Below, piece by piece: positions 12,897 to 25,243 of a DNA stretch of 64,000 bases. This DNA is from Octopus vulgaris (Eukaryota). Numbering within the stretch: position 1 is the stretch's first letter; each line of letters begins with the position of its first letter. The notes beneath the pieces were generated by a model, which saw only the letters and a program-made list of their open reading frames with translations, had not been told where the DNA came from and ran no database searches. The translations under genes and the position numbers were made by a program. The stretch is from positions 19,778,001 to 19,842,000 of the forward strand of contig OX597829.1 in assembly GCA_951406725.2 (NCBI GenBank), written 5' to 3'.

Positions 12897-13849
12897 CCGT
12901 AAATCCTCGAGTATAGTCCGCCCTTCAGTTTAATATGCAGGGGATTTTTAGGGGGCTATACCTCTGAAAAACCTAAACCTTGTGTATAATACACACCCCT
13001 TCTCTAACTTGAGTCAAGGAGGTCTATATAATCTCCTTGGTTTGTAAAAATGTATACAGTAATGTCCTTTGTTGCCTTCTTTCTCTTTGGCATCTGTTTA
13101 ACTTCATCTTTATTTCTTATCCAAAACCTGACATTGCTTTCGTCAACATCAAATTTTCTTCCGGCTTTTACCATGCTTTTCAGCATATGATATAACTTCA
13201 AGTTTAAATATAGCTGAATAAGATCTATGAGGCATTTTATGGGCATGTAATGTATAAAATTTTTCATAGGAGTTTAATGTACAGGTTTAAGTCATGCTTA
13301 TAAAAAACCCTAGTAAAGACCCACAGTAGTTTAAACATTTAATACTGGTATTTAATTAAGTATCTATTGTTTGCCACGGTAATGATGTAAACTGCCGATA
13401 CAAACAGCAGGATGAACTATTTAGCGCTAAACCATTAAGCACAATTTGTGCGTAATTAAGCCAACAGTACCTAGTTGAACAAACACTTCCGCGCATACGT
13501 AATACAATAATGGTGATGTTCTTAACTGTTATATGGGAATATAAATATGCTTGCAAATTGTTTTTGTTACATGTTATTCTGTGTTCTGAATACTTTTATT
13601 TTAATAGATGTTGCTTACTGCAAGTTATGGATGATTCTTTTATGACTTCATTGCTTTCAGGCATAGTTTAAGGTATTTTCATGCCCAACATGACAAAATG
13701 TGTCTGAATAAACATTGCCAGGCAGCAAATAGAGACTCGGACATTGCTTAGAAAATATTTTTCATTTTTAACCTCGTGTATAGTATGCACTAGGGATTTT
13801 GACCTTCAAATTTTGGGATAAAATGCAGATTATACTCGAGGATTTACGG
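12897..13849 (-). mobile_element. Longer Tc2/pogo-type element retaining the transposase N-terminal HTH
   Basis: TA|CCGTAAATCCTCGAGTATA ... TATACTCGAGGATTTACGG|TA perfect TIRs. The minus ORF 13004-13267 contains AGRKFDVDESNVRFWIRNK, a pogo/Brinker-like HTH. Confidence 0.85.
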
Positions 13850-13923
13850 TATGTAATAATATATTTTGTAAAAATTTGATTAATTACAATAAAAAAGTAA
13901 TTGTGCATTTTCTTCTTTTTATT

Positions 13924-13961
<38 letters not shown>

Positions 13962-15332
13962 TACACATGCTGCACGCAAAATAAATTCGCAAATAACTGT
14001 AAGAGGGTTTTAAAGTGGATACAAAATATTACAAGAATAAAAGGTGCAAATATGTAACAAATTATTATAATTAATCCAAAAACTATATTTGGCCATCATT
14101 TGCAAGCACACTAATGAGCAGCACTACAATTTATATAAATATATAATATATATATATATATATATATTAGTTTTCACAGCATACAATCATTCTAATTTAC
14201 TACGATCTTTTTATAACAACTATTGTTACTGTATCTCAAAATATCACTCATTTAAATCTTACCTCCACAAACGAGATTGTAATTGTAATTAACAATTTTG
14301 CACCTAAAGTATAAAATACACATACATTTTATTTTCTCATAGTACTTTCATCAAATTGAACAAACAAGCCAAATAAAAGGAAATAAAAGCATTTTGTACT
14401 GATTCTGTGCTTGAAGAGCAATTTCTAGTTATGTTATTATGTTCACTGTGAAAATTTAGTGTGCTCTAAACAAGCTCATATATTCTTTGTATGCAAGCCA
14501 GCAGTGGAGGGAGGGAGGGAGGGGTGCCATGAAGACAAGTTATTCATTTCTCCATTTTCAATCTCTCTCAGCATTCTCTCATGCTTCTCTTTTCTCCTTT
14601 ATTTACTACTCTATTCATGAAGAAACTTAGATGGACTACTCCTTTTGCATTACATTCTTTTTTTTTTTTTACTATAAATTACATATTTATCCCATTTTTG
14701 TTTTAAAATAAAAATAATATTGATTTATAATGGGATGTAATATTTACAGCCTGCATATTTTCACTGTTCAAGTTGTTAACAAATACAAAAATATGTTATG
14801 GGCAAATATCTTTTAAAAAAAAAAGAAATGTCAAAAGATTTTATTTTCAATTAATGGTAATAAAACATTTAAGATAAATTTTGAAAATTTAGCATAGTTG
14901 AAAACCATCTAGCTTTTTTATTAATTGTATGTTAATAGGACACTGGTAAAGAATTTTAGATTGAACAAGCAGCATCATGTCTCCCATTTTACTCACATAG
15001 CCCATGATCAGCAATCTGATGGGAGAAAGAACATCTTCCTATTTTTCAATTTTTATAATGAAACATTCGTTAAGAAAGATACAACTTTCGGGGAAAACGT
15101 GTGTGTTTGTGATGTGTGTATGTGTGTGTGTGTGTGTGTTTGTGACCAAGCCAATACATGTGTTAACATTCACCAATAAGTGCACAGCATCTGCTGGTAG
15201 CGATGCAGCAGCCATGAGTGAGTGTGCGTGTGGGTAAGTGAAAGCAAGCACACACTGGATTTTGCTAATGTCTTTTGTTTTGTTTTGTTTTTTTCTTAAA
15301 AAAATCATTCATTTTGGAAGGGGAGTTTAGAC

Positions 15333-15425
15333 TTAACAAACCCTGAATGGTACTATTAATTCTTCTTTATGATTGACTTGAATATGATTGTAAGCATCAC
15401 AGGCTTGGTCAGCTGCTTTTTTAAT
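15333..15425 (-). CDS. LAMTOR1: LAMTOR1 exon 6 (terminal)
   Basis: tatttcAG acceptor. Encodes IKKAADQACDAYNHIQVNHKEELIVPFRVC-stop, matching the recalled human [30 protein letters not shown]. Confidence 0.92.
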   Translation of the reverse strand: MKKAADQACDAYNHIQVNHKEELIVPFRVC

Positions 15426-16391
15426 CTGAAATATAACAGAAATACAATTTATTAATATATCTTTTATATACGACAGCTTATTTTAAAGGGTGTCTAAGGG
15501 ACTGAAGGAGCAAAAATAAAAGATTAAAATTCCTGTTCTTTCTAAGAGCACAACTGATGCATTCCCAACTGGAAATAGAGTTAGTCTACAAACTTACTGT
15601 CATCTTACATTACTTGTATCGTAACATTAGAAATAATTTCTTCTGATGAACCCATTTTTTTAAGTGAACACAATGTAGATTATCTAATCTAATATATAAA
15701 ATATAGATGTGTGTGTATTTGCTTTACATGCAAAAATGGTTTCACCAATTGCTTCCATACTTGTGATGCATGAATAATTTGACCTCTTTATGTAATTTTT
15801 TAATTAAAAATAAAAAATACTGCTTTATATTTATGTTGATTCACTTCTTTAAAAACGTTTCTAAATGTCAACTTCACTCTCTATTTTGATGTTTTCATTT
15901 CAAGTTTTTAATTCACTATTTGCAAACAACTATGATAAATTACTGAAAGAAATATTTACTAAGTTCACAAATTTAAACATTACGTACAAGTGCTTTATCA
16001 CCTTCCTAATAAGAATAAGATTACTTTATTCACTTATGTTCTCAAGCATTAATAATTATTTTATATTGAGCAAGTAGTACAAAGTTAATTTTTACAAGAA
16101 AGATTGGAATAAATTCAAGTAATCCTGATATGGCATGTTTTCCAAGTAAGTACAGGTACTGGAATATGCCCTTATTGTCAGTATAAGTAAAATTCAATAA
16201 ATGCAAATGATAATAGCAGCAGAGCCTAGTTCTATAGTAAGTACCTAAAATAAAATCTTCTTACTGAAAACAAGGCCAACTTTTGGAAGGAAACCAATCT
16301 TATAGCTAAAAGATAGGAACCATGATGGGCTAGATAAATGAAAAGAAGCAACAATATTGGTAAATTAGTAAAAAAGAAAAATTATTCTTAC

Positions 16392-16521
16392 CAATAAAAG
16401 ATCTGTAGAAGGCAAAGGCTGTGACGACAAAATTACTTGTGGATTATTTGTACTGTTTGGTAACTGTGTTTTATACGTTCGGATTCGACCAGAGCCATTT
16501 AAAGCGCTATTTAATTTGTCA
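16392..16521 (-). CDS. LAMTOR1: LAMTOR1 exon 5
   Basis: ccattttcAG acceptor and GTAAGA donor, 130 nt. Encodes (S)DKLNSALNGSGRIRTYKTQLPNSTNNPQVILSSQPLPSTDLLL, compared with [22 protein letters not shown]. Confidence 0.9.
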
Positions 16522-16624
16522 CTGAAAATGGAACAAAAAAAATTAAAATTTACATAGGCTACTTAATTCTTGGACAGTTTCAAAATTAGTTGATACAATG
16601 CAATCTCTATAGCATTATTAGACT

Positions 16625-16932
16625 CGAGCGTGAGCACCATTTGAGCTTGATCGTTACCAACTTCGCTTCACTGGTACATGTGCCGGTGGCATGTGTAAAA
16701 AGATTCGAGCGAGGTCATTGCCAGTACCGCCTGATTGGCCCCCGTGCCGGTGGCACATAAAAAGCACCCACTACACTCTCGGAGTGGTTGGTGTTAGGAA
16801 GGGCATCCAGCTGTTGAAACTCTGCCAGATCAAGATTGGAGACTGGTGCAGCTATCTGGTTTGCCAGCCCTCAGTCAAAATCGTCCAACCCATGCTAGCG
16901 TGGAAAGCGGACGTTAAACAAACGAATGATGA
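16625..16932 (+). mobile_element. RTE-tailed SINE-like repeat (family C)
   Basis: gtgccggtggcac.taaaaagcacccactacactctcggagtggttgg...catgctagc.tggaaagcggacgttaaac followed by a (GAT)n tail. Copies at 17110-17445, 21555-22085, 23605-23828, 27470-27610, 30565-30990(-), 33108-33305(-), 36050-36340, 50978-51161 and 53091-53132(-). Confidence 0.8.
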
Positions 16933-18606
16933 TACATGCATACATGAACACACACCTGTTTCTGTCCTCTTTCTTGCACCTCTCACTCTTTCTCCCTCCA
17001 TTTGGCTTCTCTCTCTCTCTCACTGGGTATAGCAAGACCTCTATAGCAAGACACCTGTTTCTGCCTCTCTGTCACACTCTAACCTTCAATCCTCTTACAA
17101 AAGTTCCCCTGCCCCACTCATAATTCCTTGTCTTGTGAGCTGCTTGGTGACCCTGCCAGTGCTGGTGCCACATAAAAAGCATCCAGTCCACATTGTGAAG
17201 TGGTTGGCATTTAGAGGAGCATCCAGCTGTAGAAACCTTGCCAAAACTGACCTTGCCTGTGCTGGTGCCATGTAAAAAGCACTGCGTCCACTCTGCAGAG
17301 TGATTGGTGTTAGGAAGGGCATCCAGCCATAGAAACCATGCCAAAAACAGACACAGTAGCCTGGGGTAGTTTTTCTACCTGGCCAATTCCTGTGAACCAT
17401 CTTACCCATGTATGCATGGAAGACGGATGTTAAACGATGATGATGGTTCTATGCAACTAAAAATACTTAGGTAAAAAATATTTGAAGTGAAATTATTCCC
17501 TAAAAAATTTCACTTTATCTCAGATTCCTGAAACACTTACTCCAAGGTATTTCATAACAGCTAAAATAAGACTGCACTCTGATAACAAGATAACTTGTTC
17601 AAGAAGCTCAATGATAGCTGATAATAATGATCAGAAGTTATCATAAAAGTGATTATACTCTTTGTTATAAAATTCTATAGCATTAATTTACATGTTTAGT
17701 TACCATGAAAAGTTCATTTTATATTGACTAATTAGATATTTTTTAATTGTTATTTTGTTTTATTTTACTTGTTTCAAACATTAGACTGTGGTGGCCATGC
17801 GCAACTTTCGAGAAATCTTATAGTTGAATGAATCAACACCAATACTTATGTTTAAACCTAATACTTATTCTATCAGTGACTTTTGTCGAACTGCTAAGTT
17901 ATGGGGATGTAAACACACCAACACTGGTTGTCCAACAATGGGTGGGGATGGGAGTGGACAAGCACACACACACACACACATACATACAAAAGGGTTCTTT
18001 TGGTTTCCATCTACCAAATCCACTCAAAAGGCTTTGGTAGAACACACTTGCCCGTGGTACCATACAGTGAGAATGAACCCTGAACCATGTGGTTGGGAAG
18101 CAAGCTTCTTACCACACAGTTACACCTGTGCTTTAGTTAGTAACTTTTGACATGTAATTTTAGTAATAATAGCTAATTTGACACATCACTCATCTACTGA
18201 TTTCTCTCTCTATCTCTCAGTAACATGCAACACAACTGATAACAATTCTTCCAAAGGTGAATTTGAAGATGTTTTTTTTCTCTTGGGATATCAAAAACAC
18301 TGAGAGAAAATGTTTTAAATTTATTTAGTGCAACACAGACATTAGTATTTCTGATGCCAGTGATAGAGAAAATGAAACTGGCGAGGAAGGATATAGGTAA
18401 ACAAATGGGGCAATAGATACTAAGCAACAGATATTAACAAATTTTCAGGACCTATGTGAAATTTGAACCGGGAGATATGGCAGAAATATTTTTTTTTACT
18501 AAAAATGTTTTTTAGAAAAATATATTTGTTTTCCAATTAAATTTATCACCGCAATTTATTGAGCAGTGAAGTCGTCATACTATTAGCCAGCTGGTATGGA
18601 AATGGA

Positions 18607-19490
18607 AAGGTGAACTGGCAGAAATGTTAGCACGCCGGGCGAAAAATGCTTTGCAGTATTTCATCTGCTGTTACGTTCTGAGTTCAAATTCCGCCGAGGT
18701 CGATTTTACCTTTCATCCTTGCGGATGAAATTAAGCACCAGTTACGCACTGGGGTCGATGTAATCGACTTAATCCATTCATCTGCCCTTGCTTGTCCCCT
18801 CTATGTTTAGCCCCTTGTGGGTAGTAAAGAAATAGGTATGGAAATGGAAAATTAAAATATTATCCATATGATAAACAACATGAACCGTTCATTATTTCAT
18901 AGTACTAAGGTGGTGAACTGTTCTGAGCTCAAATTCTGCCGAGGTCGACTTTGCCATTCATCCTTTCGGGGTTGATAAATTAAGTACCAGTTATGCACTG
19001 GGGTCAATGTAATCGACAATCCTTTTGTCTGTCCTTGTTTGTCCCCTCCATGTTTAGCTGCTTGTGGGCAATAAAGAAATAAGAAACGTTAGCATGTTGG
19101 GCAATATGCTTAGCAATATTTCATCTGTCTTTAAATTCGGAGTTCAAATTCCACTGAGGTTGGCTTTGCCTTTCATCCTTTCAGGGTCAATAAATTAAGT
19201 ACCAACTGCATACTGGGGTCGATATAATCGACTGGCCCCCTCCCCCAAAATTTCAGGCTTGTGCCTAGAGTTGAAAAGATTATTTCAAAGTACTTAAAGA
19301 TGGTATACTGGTATGATTGTTAGCACACTGGACAAAATGTTTAACATTTTGTCTGTATATTTCGTGTTCAAATTTCACCTTTCATCCTTTTGGTGTTGAT
19401 GATATAAGTATCATTTGACCACTAGGGTATATGTTATTGATTTGCCTCCTCCCACAAATTTCAGGCCTTATGCCTATAATAAAAGGGTTA
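18607..19490 (+). mobile_element. Tandem cluster of 4-5 family-B SINEs
   Basis: Successive aaggtgaactggcagaa...gagttcaaattcc.ccgaggtcga...agtaccagtt units. Confidence 0.85.
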
Positions 19491-21150
19491 ACTGGTAGTG
19501 CTTAGCACAGACTGTTTTCATGGATAATTTTCCAGATATTTATGTGACATAAACGTTTAGTTGTTTTGCTTTTAAGATAAAAAGTTCCTTGCTTGTTATA
19601 TTCATATTTTATTATGCTGTTACATTTTTTCCACTGTTTATCTGTTGCTTGCATAGCAAAATTTCATAATATATTTTTAAAAATTTTATATTAAATATTG
19701 AAGTGAATAACATTTTAATTACTACATCTTAAATAACATGTATTTTGCATTTATTCTTGAAAATCTTATTAGAAATTGATAAAACTGAAGTATAGGGAAA
19801 TGTTTACTTCTGAGAGATGTATTGTCAGCAAAAGTGTTAAAATCTTTTTTGATCACAAGTGAGAAAACTGCATAAGCTATTATTCAAGCAGACTTTAAGC
19901 TCTTGGGCTTAAAAGCCGAAGAAAGTAAACAAAGTAATAATACATGTTTTTATATCTCCTTGGGTAGAAAGAGCAGGACTGAACTGACTAAGTCTCTAGT
20001 TTTCTTAGATGTTAGTCAGAGAAAGACTATCCACCAGCTGTCAACAAAGATTATAGCTTATAGCTATTCATAATTATAATCAACTTATTAGCTATAATTA
20101 CATTCACAGTCTTTGTGGATAATTTGACTTTAGCTGAGTCCTAGTTACTATTTGCTACAAACAACTATAAGCTATTAATCTCTATCTGTTGATAGAAGAT
20201 GGATAATTCTTTTTCTGATGAAGGTGTAAGAATAGAAACCAGTTAGATTCTCCCTTTTTCTGCACACAGTAAAATAAAATCTGAGTGTAACTACCTTGTT
20301 CACTTCTCATAGCAATGTTAAAATAATATGTTTATCCAAAGAAGGGCACACTTTATATTTCAAATTATCCAAAATATTCCATGTAGTTCATTATATATAA
20401 ATTACCTGCATATGACCTCATAAACTTTAACAGATATGTGAACATGGCACAAAAAGAATTTAATAATCTTTCCTATCTTCTGTTTGTCTATTCATATTCA
20501 ATTAGTCCTCAACCCTTGATTTTCATTATATTTTCTCCTTCACCCAATGCCAGTCTATAACCGTCCCTTACTCTCACCTTACTCTTGCAACCCCTCCCCA
20601 TCTTCACTTCCTGCTCTTCTGGCACTCACCTAATTTTATGTGTTCTCCCAGCACCACCCTGGTTACTTCCCATCAACTCATCTACAATGTGCAAAGTCAT
20701 GTAGCACCTCCACAACAAGAAACTTGTTCTCTCCTGGCCCCTTCTTTCATACCTTAGTTCCATTCAACCTAAGGGGATCTAAGTTTCTGAGGTGCATAGT
20801 GACCTCACTAATGCTGGTGTCACAAAAAGCAAACCCATAGAAACACTAGATAACAATGCAGGCCTTGATTTCTTTGGATCCAGTCTAACCATCCAACTCG
20901 TACAAGCATGGAAGATGGACATCAAAAGCTGATGATAGCGATAACATACAAACATACGTAAAGCATCGAACACTTATACAAACCTTCAAAGTCGTTAATC
21001 TATTAGGATTCAGACTAAGAGATTGCTATTTTTTGGTTTTGAAACATTTGCATAAAAGCTAAATGCCTTTTGTATACATACAATATCTTTTATAATAATC
21101 CTCAAACCAGCTAAATATCATGAATACAATAGATTCCTCAACATACATAC

Positions 21151-21228
21151 CTGTACAATTTAGCTTTGTCATGATATTCATTGTGTTCCATGCTTTGTGG
21201 TTCCATAGCAGCAACGTCAATGATGTTC
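21151..21228 (-). CDS. LAMTOR1: LAMTOR1 exon 4
   Basis: cttctccAG acceptor and GTATGT donor, 78 nt. Encodes NIIDVAAMEPQSMEHNEYHDKAKLY(S), compared with human [26 protein letters not shown]. Confidence 0.95.
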
Positions 21229-21391
21229 CTGGAGAAGAAGAAGAACAGGTTAAATAGAACAATAATGATATCAAATTGTTTCAAATTCATAAATTCTTCA
21301 AAATTTCTTAAGATTTCCTTTTAATTATTCAGCAACTTGTTACATGGTGAAAGAAATTCACCGAGAAAGACTGAAAAATTGAAATAGTTAC

Positions 21392-21472
21392 CTTGCAGTT
21401 GTCTGGAGTATCCTACCTAGTTTTGATTGCTCGTCAACTTTATCTGAATGCTCCCCACATTCAGTTAGAAAA
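21392..21472 (-). CDS. LAMTOR1: LAMTOR1 exon 3
   Basis: tctctttcAG acceptor and GTAACT donor, 81 nt, phase 2-2. Encodes FLTECGEHSDKVDEQSKLGRILQTTA, compared with RTDEQALLSSILAKTA. Confidence 0.92.
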
Positions 21473-22904
21473 CTGAAAGAGAGAAAAAAAAGTTAAGTTT
21501 ATAACAACTTCTAATTAGAGTGTGTAATAAGCAAACATATTGTGGCTTATGCCAAGGGTGTAATCAGTCCACTTATGCGTGTCTTTCCTTCATTGGACAC
21601 TAAACTCTGCTTGCAAAGACCTGTTGAGGCAAGTGAAATCAAAATCGAAATCAAACTCGGTGACTGGCATACGTTGCTAGTGGAGCACTAAGAATACCAT
21701 ATGAGTGAGATCGTTGCCAGAGCAACAAGCTGGCCTCCGTGCCGATGGCATGTTAAAAACACTATTTGAGCATGATCGTTACCTGCATTGCCTTACTAGC
21801 ACTTGTGCTGGTGGCACGTGAAAATAAAAAATTCAAGCGAGGTTGTTGCCAATGTCACTGGACTGGCTCCTGTGCAGGTGGAACATAAAAAGCACCATTT
21901 GAGCGTGGCTGTTGCCAGTACCACCTAACTGGCCCTTGTGCCGGTGGCACGTAAATGCACCCACTACACTCTAGGAGTGGTTGGCATTAGGAAGGGCATC
22001 CAGCAGTAGGAACTCTGCCAGATCAGTCAAATCGTCCAACCCATGCCAGCATGGAAAGCGGACATTAAACGATGACGATGATGATTACAGGAATTTGTCA
22101 AAATAAATATGTATCTCCACAATACAAGTCTGAGTAAATACTGACTTCTTCAATTGTTGATGCACCAAAATAGCATAACTAGTTGATCAATGGCTGGTGA
22201 ATAGAAACTGTGTAGGAACCTGTGTGTGTGTGTGTGTGTGTGTGTGTATTTTGTGTCTCTCTTACCCCATAATGTAATACTTCAACAAAAGAGATCAATA
22301 AAATAATCACAGATGGTGATATAATGAATTACACCTCAGGAAGCAGTGGCCACAATTCAATGATGGAAATTGGTGAAAGTGTAAAGAGAAAGTGAAAACG
22401 AAAGGATTGCTGGTTTTGAAATAGATATTTATTGGAAAAGGCCAACTTGATATATATGCAATGAATTTCATTTCTGTCAGTGTTTAAGGTGAACCACTGA
22501 TTGCAATAAAGCTTCTTTTCATAAAAATTAACAAGTACACCAGTTATATTAGCAACCTATGTTGCTATTAAAATAATAGATAGAATTAAATATTATTGTC
22601 TGTTTATATAAATGTATTCGTATTGTAAATGCCAGCAAGACAGAATGCTTTTTAACAGAGAATCAACCTAACAAATTCATACAGGCACAGATATAGATAT
22701 CTAGTTAAGAAGTTTGCTTTGTGGCAGTATTTATAACCACACTCAGTACTAACCCTTTCAAATACTGCTAAAGCAGAAAGGGTGAAATGAATAACACCAC
22801 TCCAGGAAACAAGTAAAGATTGATTCTACTACCTTTGATATTCACCCACCACCATTACCACAACTGCCACCACTGCTGCTGTCTTCTTCTTCCAATCAGG
22901 ACTC

Positions 22905-23368
22905 ATGCCATTAGCCACAAAGAATAATCTCTAATTCAAGCCTACTCTAAGCTACTAAGAATGCGTGTGGCAACTTGAAGATCCACCCACCACACGCGAT
23001 AGACTGGCGGTTGCACAGGCGCGAATGCTACGTTGGTATTCTCATTCCGTAAATGGTAGCTTTTAACGGGTGGAGAGCTGAACCATCCTGGGGTACAGAG
23101 GATTCGCAATCTAGACTAGGGTCTGAAAGTTTACCATACCATAGTGGGTTACACCATGGTTCTTCTGCTTTGTGGCAGAAGTAGGAAGAAAGAGTGAGAG
23201 AAAGTTGTGGTGAAAGAGTACAGCAGGGTTCAACCCCCACCCCCAGAGCCTCGTGGAGCTTAGGTGTTTTTGCTCAATAAACACTCACAATGCCCAGTCT
23301 GGGAATCGAAACCATGTTCTTATCACCGCGAGTCCGCTGCCCTAACCACTGGGCCATTGCACCTCCAC
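22905..23368 (-). mobile_element. Retroposon 5' end with tRNA-derived head
   Basis: Minus strand starts gtggaggtgcaaTGGCCCAGTGGttagggcagcggactcgcgg...GGTTTCGATTCC (box A and box B). Its last 85 bp recur at 24183-24265. Confidence 0.65.
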
Positions 23369-25243
23369 TCTGCTGCTGTTGCCACTGTGAAACAATTGCT
23401 GAAACTCAGGTCATTTTATTTGGTACAAATGATCAACTTCAGTATTTAACCTTTTAGCATTTAAACCAGCCATATATGGCCAAAATAGTTTACCTGTTTT
23501 ATGTTCAAACCAACCTGATCTGGCCTCTCACACCTATCTTACAATGTCATTTCAAAAATAAGCAATCATGTCATTGAAATTTCAAAACTACAAGATAATG
23601 CATGACGTAAAAGTGCCCGTGTGGTGCCAAGCAAAAAGTGCCTGTGCAGTGTCACATAAAAGCACCTTGCACACTCCATAAAGTGGTAGGCATTAGTAAG
23701 GGCACCCAGCCGTAGAAACCATGCCAAATCGAACTGGAGTCTGGTGCAGCCCCACCAGCTTGCCAGTTCTGGTCACATCATCCAACCCATGCCAGTACGG
23801 AAAATAGACATTAAATGGGGATGATGATTAATGTGAATAAATAAGGATTACATTTGACAGAATAATCTGAATGCGAAAGAGTTAAAGTACAAGTTTAAGC
23901 ATACCCACTTTTATTGCAAAAGTGCTGGTTGCTAACCTTCATCCAATGTATATCATAAGGCACTTGGATTGGAAGCAACAATAATAATTTCATAGCATTC
24001 AGTAGTATTCTAAGGTATGAATCTCTATTACTTTCCACATTGTTGATGAGCAACAAGAAAATTCAATAACCAGATTGCCACGTCAGACTGTTGAGTAATC
24101 GTCATCAGAGTAGTTGTCAGTATACCCAAAGTTTGCTGGGCCATATTCATCAACAAATCAATATTGCATTAACCACTTACGCTATTAGCCACAAAGAACA
24201 ATCTCTAATTCAAGCCCACTCCAAGCTAAGAATGCATGTGGCAACTTGAAGATACAGCCACCACATACCGGTAAACCAGTATGAAACAGTGTGAATTCAA
24301 TTGAGTATTTTGTTACCAACTAAGTGGGGAGTCAGGTAAAACAGTTTAACTATGGTTCATATTTACATATTTATTGTCAGAATTAAACTTTTGAAACTGT
24401 CCAGAGAGTCCTGAAAGTTAAATAGTCTTTCATGAAGAAAGTACCTACTGCATGGAGCAATTCTCTTAACATGGCCATTTTTCTAGTGGCTTATTTGAAA
24501 GAAAGGCAATTGCTTGTTCTCCATAAAAATTCCATTCAGGTATTTTACTTGATTGTCTCCAGAAAGAAGACAGAATTGTTCTTAAGAGAGACAACATTGT
24601 TCATAAGAAAAGAAAGAAAGAAAGAAAAGTACAAATGTAGAGATATAAACTGGGATCCTTAGGCTGATTGAAGCTGATGTACTAAACATAATTTAAAGAC
24701 AGATAATTTCTGAAGCAGCTCTCAAATCTGACATGCAACTACAAAGAAAATTCATCTTTAATCACAAACGAGGAATTAGATAGGTAACTGCTGAGGATAT
24801 TTGAATCAACACTTGAATGGTTGTATAAAATTGATAGGTTTGGCATGGTAGAATCAAGGTTCAATTCAAAGAATGCAATGCTTTCATTGCAAGTTTTTTT
24901 GTTTTGTTTTTTAAGCATCTTCAAAAAAAAAAAAAAAATGACTCATCCAACATGGTGCTATTATCAAGTCGCTCTAGGATAATACAAAGGCAAACAGAAT
25001 AAAAAAAGAAATCTATGATTCCAGAAGATGGTAAAAATAGATGTACAATCACTTAGAAAGGCAACAAGGGTAGTGAATGAGAAACATTGGATTTTAATCA
25101 TCCACATTCTCATTGTCTACTGAGGATAATCTAGTTGACAATACACAAGAGGGTTTTCCTGTATTACAAAGACTTACTATATGCTTAAGTATGTGTGGGT
25201 TTTTGCAACAACAGAGGATTATAAGTCAACTGAATGATGATTC

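Noticed and set aside
15039-15308. ORFs and a plus-strand GTAAGT donor-like site near 15233
   Set aside because: Falls in the LAMTOR1 3'UTR region next to a GT repeat, with no protein similarity or partner exon.
15333-15350. C-terminal cysteine of LAMTOR1 as a prenylation signal
   Set aside because: FRVC-stop places Cys last, which is not a CaaX, CC or CxC motif.
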